Source of the DNA: Cyanophyceae cyanobacterium
GTDB taxonomy: Bacteria; Cyanobacteriota; Cyanobacteriia; Cyanobacteriales; Laspinemataceae
Assembly (NCBI GenBank): GCA_038321985.1
Contig: JBBQFN010000029.1
Coordinates: 1 to 63,017, forward strand
Direction of reading: 5' to 3'
DNA: 63,017 nucleotides
Each line of letters opens with the position of its first letter. Position 1 is the first letter of the stretch. Below are positions 30,784 to 42,410 of this stretch, piece after piece. The translations under genes and the position numbers were made by a program. Below the pieces are notes generated by a model. It did no database searches. It was not told where the DNA came from and worked only from the letters and a program-made list of their open reading frames with translations.

Positions 30784-31159
30784 AGTTTACCCGCCTGACT
30801 GAGTTCCGTTGCGGGACAATCACCTCAGCGATCGCCCAGGTGGATAGGCTTTCTGAAACTGGCAAGAACGCGTCCCAAGAACCATCGAGAGATTGGGTAC
30901 TATGGCTCCCACTTCCAGGGAAATTTCGGGTGATTGGTCGCTCTGACTCTTGCCAGTTCCCAGGCTACAGTCTGGTTTAAAACTATTAGACTCCTACGGT
31001 AATAAACCTGAACCATCTTAAAGATTTATGCTTCAGGTTTTTCTAGGGTAAACAGTGGGAGGAAAAATTATTATTAATTATAAAAAGTCACCGCGATCGC
31101 GTCATTTGAAACCCCGGCCTAGAACCCGGATTAATGAGAGCGCAATTTTTCTTTTCCCT

Positions 31160-32080
31160 TTAAAGTCGGTGATGGTTACTATATTTAATGCGCGCTCCCG
31201 CCCATTGTAATTTTTCCCGCAAGGTCTGATAATAGGAATAGTTTTCCTGTAAAATAATGAACTTGGCTTGGCAGTCTGCCATCCGGACATCAACCCGATG
31301 TCCGGGCCAGATAGAGGTAGCCATTACTCCATCCATCCACAACTTCGTACTCAAATCCGGGTCCGCTAAAGGCCAAATACTCACCACGGATCCGGATGGC
31401 AAGACGATCGGACGACTCGATAAACTCAGTGGACAAATCGGAGTAACTGCGATCGCCTCCATTCCATCATGCATAATGGGACCATTTGCCGAAACCGTAT
31501 AGCAGGTTGACCCCGTGGGAGTCGCCACAATCAAACCATCTCCCTGATACTGATCCACCACCTGCCCATCAATTTCCATTTCCAGAATCGAAGTGATCAT
31601 CCGGTCTGCTGCTGCCGGTTTGACACACATTTCATTTAAGGCCAAAAAGCGATCGCTCGCCGGGTTCATATTCGTGTGGGGTCCCTCATACACCCGTGCC
31701 TGAAGCATCATCCGTCGTTGGATTGCATAGCGGTCCTGATGCAATCGTTCCCACACTCGCTCGGTATCTTTAAACTCCTCAAAGTGCTCGGTAATAAACC
31801 CCAAATGTCCCCCCACATTGACAGCCAACATCGGAATCCCTTCCGGTGCGAGTTGTCGAGCCGCAGCTAGGGCCGTCCCATCCCCTCCAAATACCACGGC
31901 CAAATCAATGGGACTGGTAGAGGAAGCTAAAAAAACAGGATAGGGATTATCTTTAGACCCACTGGGGCCAACTAATACATGACACCCCTGATTTTCCAAC
32001 TCACGAGCACATCGATCGGCCCAGCGCCGAGAGAGGTCATCTCCGGCTTTATGAGCAATAATTGCATTTTTAAGCTGCAC
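31160..32080 (-). CDS. nadK: NAD(+) kinase
   Basis: GGDGT, GHLGF, ALNE and DGLIVATPTGST motifs. Confidence 0.95.
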   Translation of the reverse strand: MQLKNAIIAHKAGDDLSRRWADRCARELENQGCHVLVGPSGSKDNPYPVFLASSTSPIDLAVVFGGDGTALAAARQLAPEGIPMLAVNVGGHLGFITEHFEEFKDTERVWERLHQDRYAIQRRMMLQARVYEGPHTNMNPASDRFLALNEMCVKPAAADRMITSILEMEIDGQVVDQYQGDGLIVATPTGSTCYTVSANGPIMHDGMEAIAVTPICPLSLSSRPIVLPSGSVVSIWPLADPDLSTKLWMDGVMATSIWPGHRVDVRMADCQAKFIILQENYSYYQTLREKLQWAGARIKYSNHHRL

Positions 32081-32376
32081 TTGAGATTAACCCCCTAACC
32101 GTTTTATATTTTTTAATCTTGGCATTCATGAGTTTATCTAGTCAGCCCATTAGCTATTGTAGGAATTCCTACGGTTTCTAATCCTTGATCCCACGATTTA
32201 TCCCCAATCCAGATGATTTATTCTGACTCTTAGGTGAAATGCCCTATAAACTTTTTTAAATCTGCCCTTTCTAAATCCGTGAATTTTTGCGTCTCTACAT
32301 TTTATCTAGATCTTCTTTAAATTATTTCAACTGCACATTTTAATGTCCGACCCCAAGCAGGGTGACTAAAAATTAG

Positions 32377-32405
32377 AAACCGGGCCTCTTGACAAAACCC
32401 GGTTT
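32377..32405. repeat. AAACCGGG...CCCGGTTT palindromic dispersed repeat (related copy near 23801-23827)
   Basis: AAACCGGG-CCTCTTGACAAAA-CCCGGTTT; similar ACCCGGCTTC...GAAACCGGGT downstream of secG. Confidence 0.45.
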
Positions 32406-32486
32406 ATTATGATATGGGAATAATTCGGCGATCGCCTCTGACACTCCATAAGGCTTGCCAAGATATCCTCGCGACTCAGACCCTTC

Positions 32487-32798
32487 TTACCATTTCAGGA
32501 GATTGAACTGTTCCATATCCACCGTATCTCGGTTTCGATAGATAGCCAGAACGATCGCCAAACCCACTGCCGCTTCCGCCGCCGCCACCGTAATCACAAA
32601 GACGCCAAAAACCTGACCCTTAATTGTAGCGGAGTCTAGGAAATTAGAAAAGGCGATTAAATTCAAATTTACTGCATTCAGCAATAGCTCAATCGACATC
32701 AACACCCGAACGGCATTACGACTGGTAATCAAGCCATAAATGCCTATACAGAACAACGCGGCTGCCAAAACTAAAAAATATTCGAGTTGCAGTTCCAT
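32487..32798 (-). CDS. ndhE: NAD(P)H-quinone oxidoreductase subunit 4L
   Basis: [21 protein letters not shown] and [10 protein letters not shown]. Confidence 0.97.
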   Translation of the reverse strand: MELQLEYFLVLAAALFCIGIYGLITSRNAVRVLMSIELLLNAVNLNLIAFSNFLDSATIKGQVFGVFVITVAAAEAAVGLAIVLAIYRNRDTVDMEQFNLLKW

Positions 32799-32906
32799 TA
32801 ATCCTCATCAGTATTTTACTAGCTTTTGAATGATTAAGGGGCGGTGAAACTCACCCCTTAAAAAGGTAAAAGTTCAAAAATTTTTATGGATGTCCTTTTA
32901 CCGATT

Positions 32907-33533
32907 TCATTCAGGAATTTCCCCCCGATTTCCCTTCAGAGAGGGGACTGGGGTCCGACGACGCTCCAGCAATTTCAACTCCAGTTCTGCTGCATCGAGT
33001 TGCGCTTTTCGCTCGTCGGGAATCAACTCCCGACGGGCTAAGATAATTGCTCCAACCATTGCCATTAATAACAGCACAGAGGCTAATTCAAACGGCAGTA
33101 AAAAATCGCTGAATAAATGTTCGCCAATCTGCAACACTGTATTTTCTGCACTGGCTGCGGTGGGGGTAATTGCCCAAGGAGTTGATAATACCATCGTGCT
33201 TAAGAGCGCGAATAATCCGAAGGAGACTAGGGCGGTTGCTCCCTGACGGATCCAGTAGTTGGGAAGGGCGGTAAAATCCTCCTGTTTGTTGACCAGCATG
33301 ATGGCAAACAAAATCAGAACGTTAACGGCACCGACATAAATCAAAACCTGTGCGGCTGCCACAAAATCGGCATTGAGCAACAGATATAAACCGGCCATGC
33401 TGATAAACACGCCGCCTAATAAGAATGCCGAATAAACGACCTGAGACAGGAGCACGACACCCAAGGCTGCTCCTATCATCATCACGGCCAGTAGGCCAAA
33501 CGAAACTATCTGAACGCCTTCCGCTAAATTCAC
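32907..33533 (-). CDS. ndhG: NAD(P)H-quinone oxidoreductase subunit 6
   Basis: AQVLIYVGAVNVLILFAIML and LLPFELASV. Confidence 0.97.
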   Translation of the reverse strand: MNLAEGVQIVSFGLLAVMMIGAALGVVLLSQVVYSAFLLGGVFISMAGLYLLLNADFVAAAQVLIYVGAVNVLILFAIMLVNKQEDFTALPNYWIRQGATALVSFGLFALLSTMVLSTPWAITPTAASAENTVLQIGEHLFSDFLLPFELASVLLLMAMVGAIILARRELIPDERKAQLDAAELELKLLERRRTPVPSLKGNRGEIPE

Positions 33534-33639
33534 TGTATTTGTCCTTTGTCGTTTTTCATTTATTGGGGGTCATTGGTCGGGGGTCATTCTTCATCTAGTT
33601 TGCTTAAATTATCCCATCCCATCCTTTGACAAATTTCCC

Positions 33640-34242
33640 TTATTTTTCTGTTGTTTGTTCTTGTTCCATCTGTTCCCGAATTTCTTCAGGACGCAGACCG
33701 GAACGACGAGAGTTGGGGGGTAAATCATGGGGAGAAATCACGCCTTTGGGTAGATAGGCGAGTTCTCGTAGAGGGGTCACCATTGGATCATCGGTGACCT
33801 TGTAAGGCAGGCGTCCCATTGCCACGTTATCAAAATTCAATTCGTGGCGATCGTAAGTAGAGAGTTCGTACTCTTCCGTCGCGGAAAGACAGTTGGTCGG
33901 ACAGTATTCTACACAGTTGGCGCAGAAAATACAAAGTCCGAAGTCGATACTGTAGTGCTTAAGCTGTTTCTTTTTGGTTTCTTTATTGAATTCCCAATCT
34001 ACTACAGGCAGGTTAATCGGGCAAACGCGCACGCACACTTCGCAGGAAATGCACTTATCAAATTCAAAGTGAATCCGACCTCGATAGCGTTCGGAGAGAA
34101 TGAGCTTTTCGTAGGGATATTGCACCGTAACCGGGCGACGGCGCATATGGTCAAAAGTCACGGACAGTCCTTGACCGATATATTTGGCCGCTTGAACTGT
34201 TTCTTTGGCGTAGTTGCTAACTTGGTTAAGGAATTTGAGCAT
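33640..34242 (-). CDS. ndhI: NAD(P)H-quinone oxidoreductase subunit I
   Basis: VTVQYPYEK and two 4Fe-4S motifs (CISCEVC, CIFCANC). Confidence 0.97.
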   Translation of the reverse strand: MLKFLNQVSNYAKETVQAAKYIGQGLSVTFDHMRRRPVTVQYPYEKLILSERYRGRIHFEFDKCISCEVCVRVCPINLPVVDWEFNKETKKKQLKHYSIDFGLCIFCANCVEYCPTNCLSATEEYELSTYDRHELNFDNVAMGRLPYKVTDDPMVTPLRELAYLPKGVISPHDLPPNSRRSGLRPEEIREQMEQEQTTEK

Positions 34243-34350
34243 AGTGTTCTCGGCTATGGCTGCTAGGTGATTGGGAGGAGTGACAGGAAGTCAACATGAA
34301 GTCAACGGGCGATCGATACCTGGACAGTTTTTGAACTGAAGGAACTCGGA

Positions 34351-35469
34351 TTACCCACCAAAGGCGAAGGGAAATGCCAACTTTAAAGCGGCAGTTAAGA
34401 GAAGATTGACTAAAGAAACGGGCAACAGAAATTTCCAGCCTAAATCGAGGAGTTGGTCGATCCGAACGCGGGGTAAGGTCCAACGCATCAAAATGGCAAG
34501 GAAGACAAAGAAGTAAGCCTTGAGCAGGGTCATGGTGATGCCGAGGGTTCCGGTAATCACTTGCAACCAAGGGGTTGTTTCGCTGACGCCAAGCCAACGT
34601 CCTAGCAGTTCTACGGGGATCGGAGATTCCCAGCCCCCCAGATATAACACGGCGATTAGAAGTGCCGAAAGAATGAGGTTGACGTAGGAACCCAAGTAGA
34701 ATAAGGCGAATTTCATGCCCGAATATTCGGTTTGGTATCCAGCGACGATTTCTTCTTCCGCTTCAGGGAGGTCAAAGGGTAAGCGTTCGCATTCCGCTAG
34801 GGCCGCAATCCAGAAGATGATAAAGCCGATGGGTTGACGCCAGATATTCCAACTGAGGATGCCGTAGCCCGATTGCTGTTCCACAATGTCGAGGGTGCTG
34901 AGGCTGTTGGACATCATGACGACTGCCAGCACGCTTAGGGCCAGGGGAATTTCATAACTGATTGACTGTGCTGCTGCCCGCAATCCACCGATTAGGGAGT
35001 ATTTGTTATTGGAGGCATAGCCCGCCATCAGCAAGCCGATCGGCTGAATGCTGGCTAGAGAAATCCATAAAAAGATGGCAACGCCTACGTCACTAATAAT
35101 GAGATTCTGTCCGAAAGGGACAATCAGGAAGGACGCGAACACGGGGATCACCACCAGGATTGGCCCTAGGGTAAAGAGGATCGGGTCAGCTTTAGCCGGA
35201 AGGATATCCTCTTTGAACAATAGTTTTAAACCATCAGCCGCGGGAGCTAAGATACCCAAAGGGCCGATGTATTCGGGGCCGATGCGCTGTTGGACCGCAG
35301 CAGAAATTTTTCGCTCTAGCCAGACGGTAACCAGCACGCCAATTGTCGCTACAACTAGCATGAGGATCATGGGGATTGGCATCCAGATTGCTTTTGCTGC
35401 TCCCGCCGGAAGGCCCAAATCTGCGAGCGCTCTTATAAAACTTCCTTGTAGGTCTATACCTGGGTTCAT
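34351..35469 (-). CDS. ndhA: NAD(P)H-quinone oxidoreductase subunit 1
   Basis: [17 protein letters not shown] and [13 protein letters not shown]. Confidence 0.97.
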   Translation of the reverse strand: MNPGIDLQGSFIRALADLGLPAGAAKAIWMPIPMILMLVVATIGVLVTVWLERKISAAVQQRIGPEYIGPLGILAPAADGLKLLFKEDILPAKADPILFTLGPILVVIPVFASFLIVPFGQNLIISDVGVAIFLWISLASIQPIGLLMAGYASNNKYSLIGGLRAAAQSISYEIPLALSVLAVVMMSNSLSTLDIVEQQSGYGILSWNIWRQPIGFIIFWIAALAECERLPFDLPEAEEEIVAGYQTEYSGMKFALFYLGSYVNLILSALLIAVLYLGGWESPIPVELLGRWLGVSETTPWLQVITGTLGITMTLLKAYFFVFLAILMRWTLPRVRIDQLLDLGWKFLLPVSLVNLLLTAALKLAFPFAFGG

Positions 35470-35937
35470 GCTTCCTATTGAGAGTGTGAAGATTTCTTAC
35501 GACTCGGTTAAATGCACTAATAGTATAACGCTCGATGGACGCCAGAACTCTGGGAGAGGCTTGAGTTTCAGTGTTTAGGTTAGGGGATTGCTAGCCTGGG
35601 AGAGCCGGTTCAACAGAGGCAGGGGAGTCAGTCCGATCGCGGGGGGACCTGTGCCAAGGGCGCTGATTATCCCTGGGGTTTGGACTGATCCGAGGCGATC
35701 GCCAATCCCGGATAAATCTGGATCGCAGGGAACCGGCACCCCGTCAGAAATGCGGAACCGGGTCCATTGTTTTTGCTGATGGTTACCCAACAAAAAACCC
35801 TTAGATTCTCAAAATCTAAGGGCAAGGGTGGCGATCGCCGGGGATTGATTCCCGGAAACGGAGAAATCAGGACCCCAACTCAGCCCGTGGGGAGGGGTCC
35901 CTTCAGTCAAGACGCAACCCATCCCGCCGCAATCGGC

Positions 35938-37095
35938 TTAACGTTCTGCGATCGGAACATAAGGGGCATTATGAGTTCCGGTATAAATTTGCGTAGGACG
36001 GTAAATCCGGTTTTCCCCCAGTTGCTCTTTCCAATGAGCCAACCAACCCGCCACTCGGGAAATCGCGAAGATCGGAGTAAACAAATCCGTAGGAATGCCC
36101 AACTTCCGATACACCAAACCTGAGTAAAAGTCCACATTGGCATAAATGCCTTTGTAACCCAGTTTTTCCTCCACCACCCGCTCCATCTCTTCGGCAATAT
36201 CGTAATAATTATCCCGACCAAACTTCTCAAATAGCTGTTCAGCGAGCTGTTGCAGGATAATTGCTCGGGGATCCTTGACTTTATAAACCCGGTGACCGAA
36301 CCCCATAATCTTAGATTTAGTGTTCAGACACTTTTCAATGTAAGGGCGTACATTCTCAACTGAGCCAATTTCCTCCAGCATCTCAATCACTTCTTCATTG
36401 GCCCCCCCATGCAAAGGACCCGCCAAGGTCCCCACCGCTGATGCCACAACTGCGTAGGGGTCCGTGAGGGTCGAAGCCGTTACCCTTGCCGAAAATGTCG
36501 AAGCATTGATGGTGTGTTCAGCGTGAAGAGTCAGACAGATGTCAAAGACGCGAGCCTCTAGCGGATCCGGTTCTTGTTCGGTCAGCATATGCAGAAAGTT
36601 AGCCGAATAGTCCAGATCATCGCGAGGTTGAATCGGGTCGTTCCCTTTCCTCATCATTTGGAAAGCCGCCACCATGGTCGGAATTTTTGCCAACAACCGC
36701 ACCGCAGCCGCGCGAATATAGGCGGGATCGTCTAAAGCCCGACGAGAATAGAATAAACCCAAGGCAGCCGCCGAGGCTTGAAGGGCGTCCATCGGGTGAC
36801 CGCTTTCGGGGAAACATTTCATCATGTCCCGAATGCGATATTTAATGCGGCGGTGGTAGCGAATTTCCTTCTCAAATGCCTCTAGCTCTTCTTGGGTCGG
36901 GAGTTCGCCCCAGATCAAGAGATAGGAGGTTTCCAGAAAGGTGCTTTTGAGTGCGAGTTCTTCGATGGGAATATTTCGATATTCCAAAATTCCTTTCTTC
37001 CCATCCACGAAACTAATACTGGATAGGGTGACCGGAACCCCTTCTAACCCGGGCTTAAATTCAAAACCGGTCTTTAGTTCGTCCGCGACAGTCAT
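35938..37095 (-). CDS. gltA: Citrate synthase
   Basis: PGLEGV, HAEHTINAST, GPLHGGAN, GFGHRVYK and ANVDFYSG. Confidence 0.97.
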   Translation of the reverse strand: MTVADELKTGFEFKPGLEGVPVTLSSISFVDGKKGILEYRNIPIEELALKSTFLETSYLLIWGELPTQEELEAFEKEIRYHRRIKYRIRDMMKCFPESGHPMDALQASAAALGLFYSRRALDDPAYIRAAAVRLLAKIPTMVAAFQMMRKGNDPIQPRDDLDYSANFLHMLTEQEPDPLEARVFDICLTLHAEHTINASTFSARVTASTLTDPYAVVASAVGTLAGPLHGGANEEVIEMLEEIGSVENVRPYIEKCLNTKSKIMGFGHRVYKVKDPRAIILQQLAEQLFEKFGRDNYYDIAEEMERVVEEKLGYKGIYANVDFYSGLVYRKLGIPTDLFTPIFAISRVAGWLAHWKEQLGENRIYRPTQIYTGTHNAPYVPIAER

Positions 37096-37313
37096 AGCTT
37101 TAACCTTCGCTGTAATTAAATATCTTCAAGCTAACTTATCAGATCCCCTTGGTCTGTTCCTGCTTTTATGGAAATCCTTTATTCCTCAGAACAATCAAGG
37201 GTGCGGGGGGCGAGGGGTAAAAGGTTGTTATGTCAGGGCTTTGGACCCTTTGGGTGAAAGGGCCCAAAGCTGGGGAAGGACAATTTACTTATTTATGAAT
37301 TGTTGATGTTCAT

Positions 37314-37334
37314 AACAAATAACAAATAACAAAT
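37314..37334. repeat. Short tandem heptamer repeat (STRR-like, AACAAAT x3)
   Basis: AACAAAT AACAAAT AACAAAT, typical of filamentous cyanobacteria. Confidence 0.5.
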
Positions 37335-37338
37335 CAAT

Positions 37339-37851
37339 TTATAGCAATAATTTTGGGGAGGTCAGCCAAAATAGGGAGCTATTCCCCACGGGATCCCCAG
37401 TTTCGGGGAGAACCAGGCCAATCACCCCCGCTTTTTTGAGGATCAGTCCTTCTCTGGGTTCTCCCCAAACCAAAATTTCCGCCCAGTTTCCCTGATCCGG
37501 CTGATGTCCGACAAGGGCCAAACAATGCCCCCCATTTTGACGCCATTGCTGATACCAGTTCAGCCAGTTATTGATATCCCCATTGGGGACGAGGGAAGTA
37601 GATTCTTTAATCTTATGACCCAGACCAGCAGTTTGGAGAATATCAGCGGTTTGCCTTGCCCTTTCCAAAGGGCTAGTCAAAATCAGCTCAAAATGAATAT
37701 TCAGATGGTGCAGACGGTTTGCCACTTTCCGGGTTTTTTCAACCCCCTCCTTCGTAAGTTGACGTTTCTCGTCTGGGGTATTATCTCCCGGGTTTTCGGC
37801 AAGTCCGTGCCGGATCAAATAAACTTTAGAGGGTGTTTTCATGAGTCTCAT
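37339..37851 (-). CDS. sixA: Phosphohistidine phosphatase SixA
   Basis: YLIRHG, TSPLERARQTA and LVGHQP; upstream of gltA. Confidence 0.92.
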   Translation of the reverse strand: MRLMKTPSKVYLIRHGLAENPGDNTPDEKRQLTKEGVEKTRKVANRLHHLNIHFELILTSPLERARQTADILQTAGLGHKIKESTSLVPNGDINNWLNWYQQWRQNGGHCLALVGHQPDQGNWAEILVWGEPREGLILKKAGVIGLVLPETGDPVGNSSLFWLTSPKLLL

Positions 37852-38037
37852 TCTGCTGGTGAGGCTGGATTCCGGATGGCTAAACCGTTATCTTAACCCG
37901 AGGAAGACGGCCCAAGTTAGAAACCGGCCCCGGGGCCAAAAATGCCCCCGAGGGATGTTTTCCCCAAACGCCCCACGTGCGGTTAAGCTCTGGTGGTGGG
38001 GAGTTCTAGTGGGAGTCTATGACAAATAGACAAATAA

Positions 38038-38349
38038 CTAAAATTCGCGTTGAAACTCTTCCAAGATACTGAGAAGGTCGTTTTGGTCGCCGGAGGGAAT
38101 CAGATCGACTAACGGAATTTGTCGCCGTCCACCGCCGAGATTGACATTGATTCCGGCGAGCACTTTGGCTACATCGGATTCATTTACCGATGTATTTTCG
38201 CTGACTAACGGATAGAGTTGTTCAGCCAGGAGGGTGTGCAGATGAGCGTCATCTAAGCGAAGACGCCATTTAGCAACGTCGATATAAACGCGATCGGCAA
38301 TCTGCGATGCTAGAGTTTCTATTTTTTCAGTGGGACTGGAATTAGCCAT
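38038..38349 (-). CDS. DUF3181 family protein
   Basis: VYIDVAKWRL.L and LGGGRRQIPL.DLIP. The start MANSS overlaps the upstream stop. Confidence 0.85.
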   Translation of the reverse strand: MANSSPTEKIETLASQIADRVYIDVAKWRLRLDDAHLHTLLAEQLYPLVSENTSVNESDVAKVLAGINVNLGGGRRQIPLVDLIPSGDQNDLLSILEEFQREF

Positions 38350-38593
38350 TAGATTCTTCAGAATAATTTGCAACTGCGAAAATATAAACCCCATGAGCAA
38401 TTAAAAGCAGCAGCCAACTCAGGGTTAGCCAAGGGGTCCATTGCCAGGGGTTAGACTGCCAGGCGCGGAAAAACCAGAGACCGGAATTACTAGCGGAAAA
38501 AATGCCGACATGGACGGCGAAATTCATGCGATCGTCCAGTTTCCGGTAATCGGGTTCCCGGCGATCGGGTTTACGAGGCCAACGAGGTGGCAT
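38342..38593 (-). CDS. Conserved cyanobacterial 2TM-domain protein
   Basis: MPPRWPRKPDR..P.YRKLDDRMNFAVHV...NSGLWFF. Confidence 0.85.
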   Translation of the reverse strand: MPPRWPRKPDRREPDYRKLDDRMNFAVHVGIFSASNSGLWFFRAWQSNPWQWTPWLTLSWLLLLIAHGVYIFAVANYSEESNG

Positions 38594-38902
38594 AAATAAC
38601 CTTTCTTCACCAATTAAGTCGCTCGGTTTTTAGCCAGAGCGTGTACTTTTTAAATTGTAAGTCTTCCCTACCCCTGATGAAGGAGCGATCACAGTTCTAG
38701 CGGCGAAGGTCCTCCGTTTTTAACCGATATTCTTTAACGGGGTTCAAAAATGAAGTGGGGTTAAATCCAGTTTGAGGAGGGATTAGCCGAGTTCTCTGCA
38801 AATTATAAACACAGGGGGAAGATTTGCAGCACAGTCTTAGTCCAAAACACAAGATAAAATGCAAGTATCAACCTCAACCACCCCAACCACCCCAGCAGCT
38901 TT

Positions 38903-39436
38903 GTGATACCCTCGCGATTCTTCCGGCAACATTCTCGTAATAATCGCCAGACCTCTCTGGCAATCATTCCCTTAGCTAATGAAGCAGCGACTTTTGACGC
39001 CTATCGGCTTTTACAGTATCACGGGATTTCCCCGGAACATTTGGCGATTGTCGGTCAAGGGTACAGTTCTCCGGCTCGTGTGGGTTTATTAGAACCCATG
39101 CAAATTGCTGTGGACCAAGCTCGTCGTTTGGCGATGGTGTTCGCAACACTGGGGTTCTTGGTGGGTTTGGCATTGGTTTTGGCGTTTCATCTCGAACTGA
39201 TTAACCCCCTCGGTTTTAACTCCCTCTGGGTCATTCCTGGCGTAGTTGCGATCGCCACTTTTTTGGGGGGGGTGGTGGGAGGGTTAATTGGCTTCTTGGG
39301 AGAGGGTTCCACCGTGGGAGTGTATCATCATCATCTGCGCCAAGGGGGTTATTTGTTGATGATTGAGGGGTCCCAACAACTCGTGAGTTTAGGTGAGCAG
39401 GTCCTCAAACCCTACGCCACTCCCAAAGCGCGTTAG
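38903..39436 (+). CDS. Hypothetical membrane protein with two TM segments and a glycine zipper
   Basis: [11 protein letters not shown], two hydrophobic Gly-rich helices and [12 protein letters not shown]. Confidence 0.7.
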   Translation: MIPSRFFRQHSRNNRQTSLAIIPLANEAATFDAYRLLQYHGISPEHLAIVGQGYSSPARVGLLEPMQIAVDQARRLAMVFATLGFLVGLALVLAFHLELINPLGFNSLWVIPGVVAIATFLGGVVGGLIGFLGEGSTVGVYHHHLRQGGYLLMIEGSQQLVSLGEQVLKPYATPKAR

Positions 39437-39951
39437 GGGGCTTGATAGTCCCCAGATTTGCCCCCCGTCTTGCTCTCTAAGCGGATGCTTTCGATCTCGA
39501 TCGCCTTGGAGAGGGCTTTTGCCATGTCGTAGAGAGTCAGGGCCGCCACAGATACGGCAGTCAAGGCTTCCATTTCGACCCCCGTTTCAGCTTTGGTTAT
39601 CACTTCGGCGAGAATCTGATACCCGGGGAGTTCCTCATCGGGCAGAATATCTACATCAATTTTGTGCAGGGGTAAAGGATGACACAGGGGAATTAACCCC
39701 GAAGTTTGTTTGGCTCCCAAAATTCCCGCCAGTCTAGCGGTCCCTAAAACATCTCCTTTGGGAGCGTTACCGGCTTGAATTTGGTCAAAGGTTGCCCGGT
39801 CCATGCGGACTCGTCCGGAGGCGACGGCTTGGCGGTGGGTTACCGCTTTTTGGGACACATCCACCATTCTCGCTTGTCCTTCAGCGTCTATATGGCTTAA
39901 CTGATAAGGATTTGGGGAATTTTTAGAATTTTCTGGAAAAGGGGGTTTCAT
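39433..39951 (-). CDS. moaC: Cyclic pyranopterin monophosphate synthase MoaC
   Basis: [24 protein letters not shown] and LYDMAKA. Confidence 0.96.
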   Translation of the reverse strand: MKPPFPENSKNSPNPYQLSHIDAEGQARMVDVSQKAVTHRQAVASGRVRMDRATFDQIQAGNAPKGDVLGTARLAGILGAKQTSGLIPLCHPLPLHKIDVDILPDEELPGYQILAEVITKAETGVEMEALTAVSVAALTLYDMAKALSKAIEIESIRLESKTGGKSGDYQAP

Positions 39952-39987
39952 TTTTCAAACGCTTGTGTTAGTATGATTAAACGTTAA

Positions 39988-40061
39988 GGGCTTGTAGCTC
40001 AGTGGACTAGAGCACGTGGCTACGGACCACGGTGTCGGGGGTTCGAATCCCTCCTAGCCCG
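39988..40061 (+). tRNA. trnR: tRNA-Arg(ACG)
   Basis: Cloverleaf GGGCTTG...TAGCCC-G; anticodon arm CGTGG-CTACGGA-CCACG; GGTTCGAATCC. Confidence 0.97.
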
Positions 40062-40078
40062 TTTTTTAAAATGTAAAC

Positions 40079-40127
40079 AAATTTTGAGTGTTGAGTTGGA
40101 TATTTCTAATTCAACACTCAAAATTTT
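40079..40127. terminator. Long hairpin between tRNA-Arg and the convergent MFS gene
   Basis: AAATTTTGAGTGTTGAGTTGGA...TCTAATTCAACACTCAAAATTT. Confidence 0.6.
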
Positions 40128-40146
40128 TTTATCCCCCTCTTTCACC

Positions 40147-41403
40147 TTATTTCCCCAGGGCATATCGGTCAGGTTCCTGCCCTAGGGAAAATTTGAGGGA
40201 CTGGCGTAAGTTGGTGTTGGACTGGGTAAGAAAAACTCCCAAGGCTAAGAATGCCATAATCGTAGCAATCCCAAACATATTTCGATATCCCAACTGTTCG
40301 CCCAGTAAACCTAAAGAGGGACCGGCGAGGGCTATTCCCAAATCAAACCCCCCAATACACATCGCAAACAACCGCCCCCGTTCTTGTGGCGCACAGCGAT
40401 CGGCAATCAGTACGACCATCATGGGAAGAAAGGTTCCCGCGCCGCATCCTTCCACAGCACCGGCGATTAAAAAATCCCGGCCAGTGTGGGCCGTCCACAA
40501 CAGCAACATCGAGATAGAGTAGGCCACTAAACCGCCGGAGATAAATAAGCCGCGCCCATAGCGGTCTGAAGCGCGACCCGTGAGCAGACGGAGACTAAAA
40601 CTAACGACTGCCGCTGCCGTATAAAACCATCCTGGATTGAAATCACTTACGGTTTCTTTAATAAATAAAGGCACGAAAGTTGCAATCGTGCCAAAGACTA
40701 AACCGATCTGGAGCATGACTAGGGTGGGGATCCGAATTCGGGGACTCCATAAAAGCCCCCAAAAGGAAGTATTCTCAGACGCCAAATCCAAAGGGTTTTT
40801 GAGGAGGTTTTGAGAGGTTAAATTTTCCTGTAGCGGTTCGCTGACAAAAGAGAGTAACAGAAGGCTGACGAGTCCTAAGGCAAAGGCCATTACAAATAGA
40901 GGAGGGTAACCCGCAGCTTCTAGTAAAAACCCTCCCAGAGCCGGTCCAATCGCAACGCCCAAGGGATTGACCAAACTCATATACCCAATCAATTCTCCCC
41001 GATTGCGTGCTGGTGCTAAATCTGTAATTAAGGCACTATAAGCCGTCGTGAAAGCAGCAACACTAATGCCGTGAAAGGCCCTCACTCCCAGGAGTAGGGG
41101 AATCGAGTCTACGAACAAATATCCTAAGGGGGCGATCATAGCGACGGCTGCACCCAAGCGTAAAACGATTTTTCGGCCCCGGCGATCGCTCAGGGGTCCC
41201 AACCAAGCCCGGGAAGGCAGTAAACCTAGGGCAAACGCCCCCATCACCAGGCCGATTTGTCCTTTTGTGCCCCCGATATGCTCGACATAAAGCGGCAGTG
41301 TGGGCAGCAATGAAGCCAGGGAAGCCCAAAATAATAAGCCTGCTGCAAATAATCCAAACAGGCTATGGCGACGCTGCGGCTCTATCTCTAAAAATACCTT
41401 CAA
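40147..41403 (-). CDS. MFS transporter
   Basis: GPLSDRRGRK and GRASDRYGR motif A; about 12 TM segments. Confidence 0.92.
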   Translation of the reverse strand: MKVFLEIEPQRRHSLFGLFAAGLLFWASLASLLPTLPLYVEHIGGTKGQIGLVMGAFALGLLPSRAWLGPLSDRRGRKIVLRLGAAVAMIAPLGYLFVDSIPLLLGVRAFHGISVAAFTTAYSALITDLAPARNRGELIGYMSLVNPLGVAIGPALGGFLLEAAGYPPLFVMAFALGLVSLLLLSFVSEPLQENLTSQNLLKNPLDLASENTSFWGLLWSPRIRIPTLVMLQIGLVFGTIATFVPLFIKETVSDFNPGWFYTAAAVVSFSLRLLTGRASDRYGRGLFISGGLVAYSISMLLLWTAHTGRDFLIAGAVEGCGAGTFLPMMVVLIADRCAPQERGRLFAMCIGGFDLGIALAGPSLGLLGEQLGYRNMFGIATIMAFLALGVFLTQSNTNLRQSLKFSLGQEPDRYALGK

Positions 41404-41544
41404 AACCCTTAATTCCTTCTTCTTTTACTGCAAAAAATGCCAGAAATGAGACAGATACGAGGCAGCAGCCTGCCGCCTCTATCTTTCATGCTAATGATTT
41501 TTTCGCAGTTTGTTAAAGAATGTTAAGATTTCGAGGCTTCAAGT

Positions 41545-42264
41545 CTACGGGTTTTGGGGCAGATAACTCTCCCTCACTCGCCCTGCACCCCGCAGTTGTT
41601 GATAATAGTGACGACTGACGGGATCATCGCTGTTCTCGGACAGGACATCGACACCAATGCCGTTGCGCCCCCCTTTTTTTCCAGAACTGTGAATATAACG
41701 GCCCTCCCCTAGATAAAGCGCAACATGGGTGGCTTTTTCTGGAGGTCCAAAAAAGAGGAGGTCCCCCGCTTGCAATTCTGACAGAGGAATGGGTTGGGTA
41801 AAGGCTTCCTGTTGATAGGCATCCCGAGGTAACCAGACTTGAGCTGTCCGGAAAGCAGCTTGCATCAGCCCGGAACAGTCGTAGTTGGGGGCGAGGGTCC
41901 CTCCCCACAGGTACTGATTGGGGACGCTCAGGGCTTGGTGGGTAAAGGCAATGATGGTAGGAATTTGCGGCTCAATCTGGCTGCGCTCAAGGGCGATCGC
42001 CTGGTAAGGGGAGTTGGCTAATTCCAGATCCCCAAGGGCGGCGAGTGCCACCCATCCGGGATAGTCATCTTCACATAACTTGACGCCAACTGCACCCTCG
42101 GTCAAGGGAAGTACAATTTCCAGGAGACGCCCCGCTGATGCCTGAGTTGCTAGGGCCTTGCATTCGGGAGAATCATAAAGATTGAAATCGACTCGGCATC
42201 GATATTGCGGTAGATCGGACCCTTTAGAAGCTAGATTAAATTGAAGCTGATTCAGAGAAACCAT
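41545..42264 (-). CDS. NlpC/P60 (C40) cell-wall peptidase with an SH3-like N-terminus
   Basis: EDDYPGW, YLWGG, YDCSGL, LPRDAYQQ and HVALYLG. Confidence 0.93.
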   Translation of the reverse strand: MVSLNQLQFNLASKGSDLPQYRCRVDFNLYDSPECKALATQASAGRLLEIVLPLTEGAVGVKLCEDDYPGWVALAALGDLELANSPYQAIALERSQIEPQIPTIIAFTHQALSVPNQYLWGGTLAPNYDCSGLMQAAFRTAQVWLPRDAYQQEAFTQPIPLSELQAGDLLFFGPPEKATHVALYLGEGRYIHSSGKKGGRNGIGVDVLSENSDDPVSRHYYQQLRGAGRVRESYLPQNP

Positions 42265-42410
42265 TTTTAAAAATAAAGGCTAAATTGCAAAAGCCCAGTA
42301 ACCCGACAGCAGAAGGACTTAGTAGCTAGAAGACAGAATGAATTATTCTCACTTCTAAATACTCAATTTTTACCCCATTTCAGTTGACTTGAACAACCCC
42401 AGAGGGAACT

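Noticed and set aside
32389..32417. TTGACA as an orphan promoter
   Set aside because: No properly spaced -10; it lies in the loop of a dispersed palindromic repeat.
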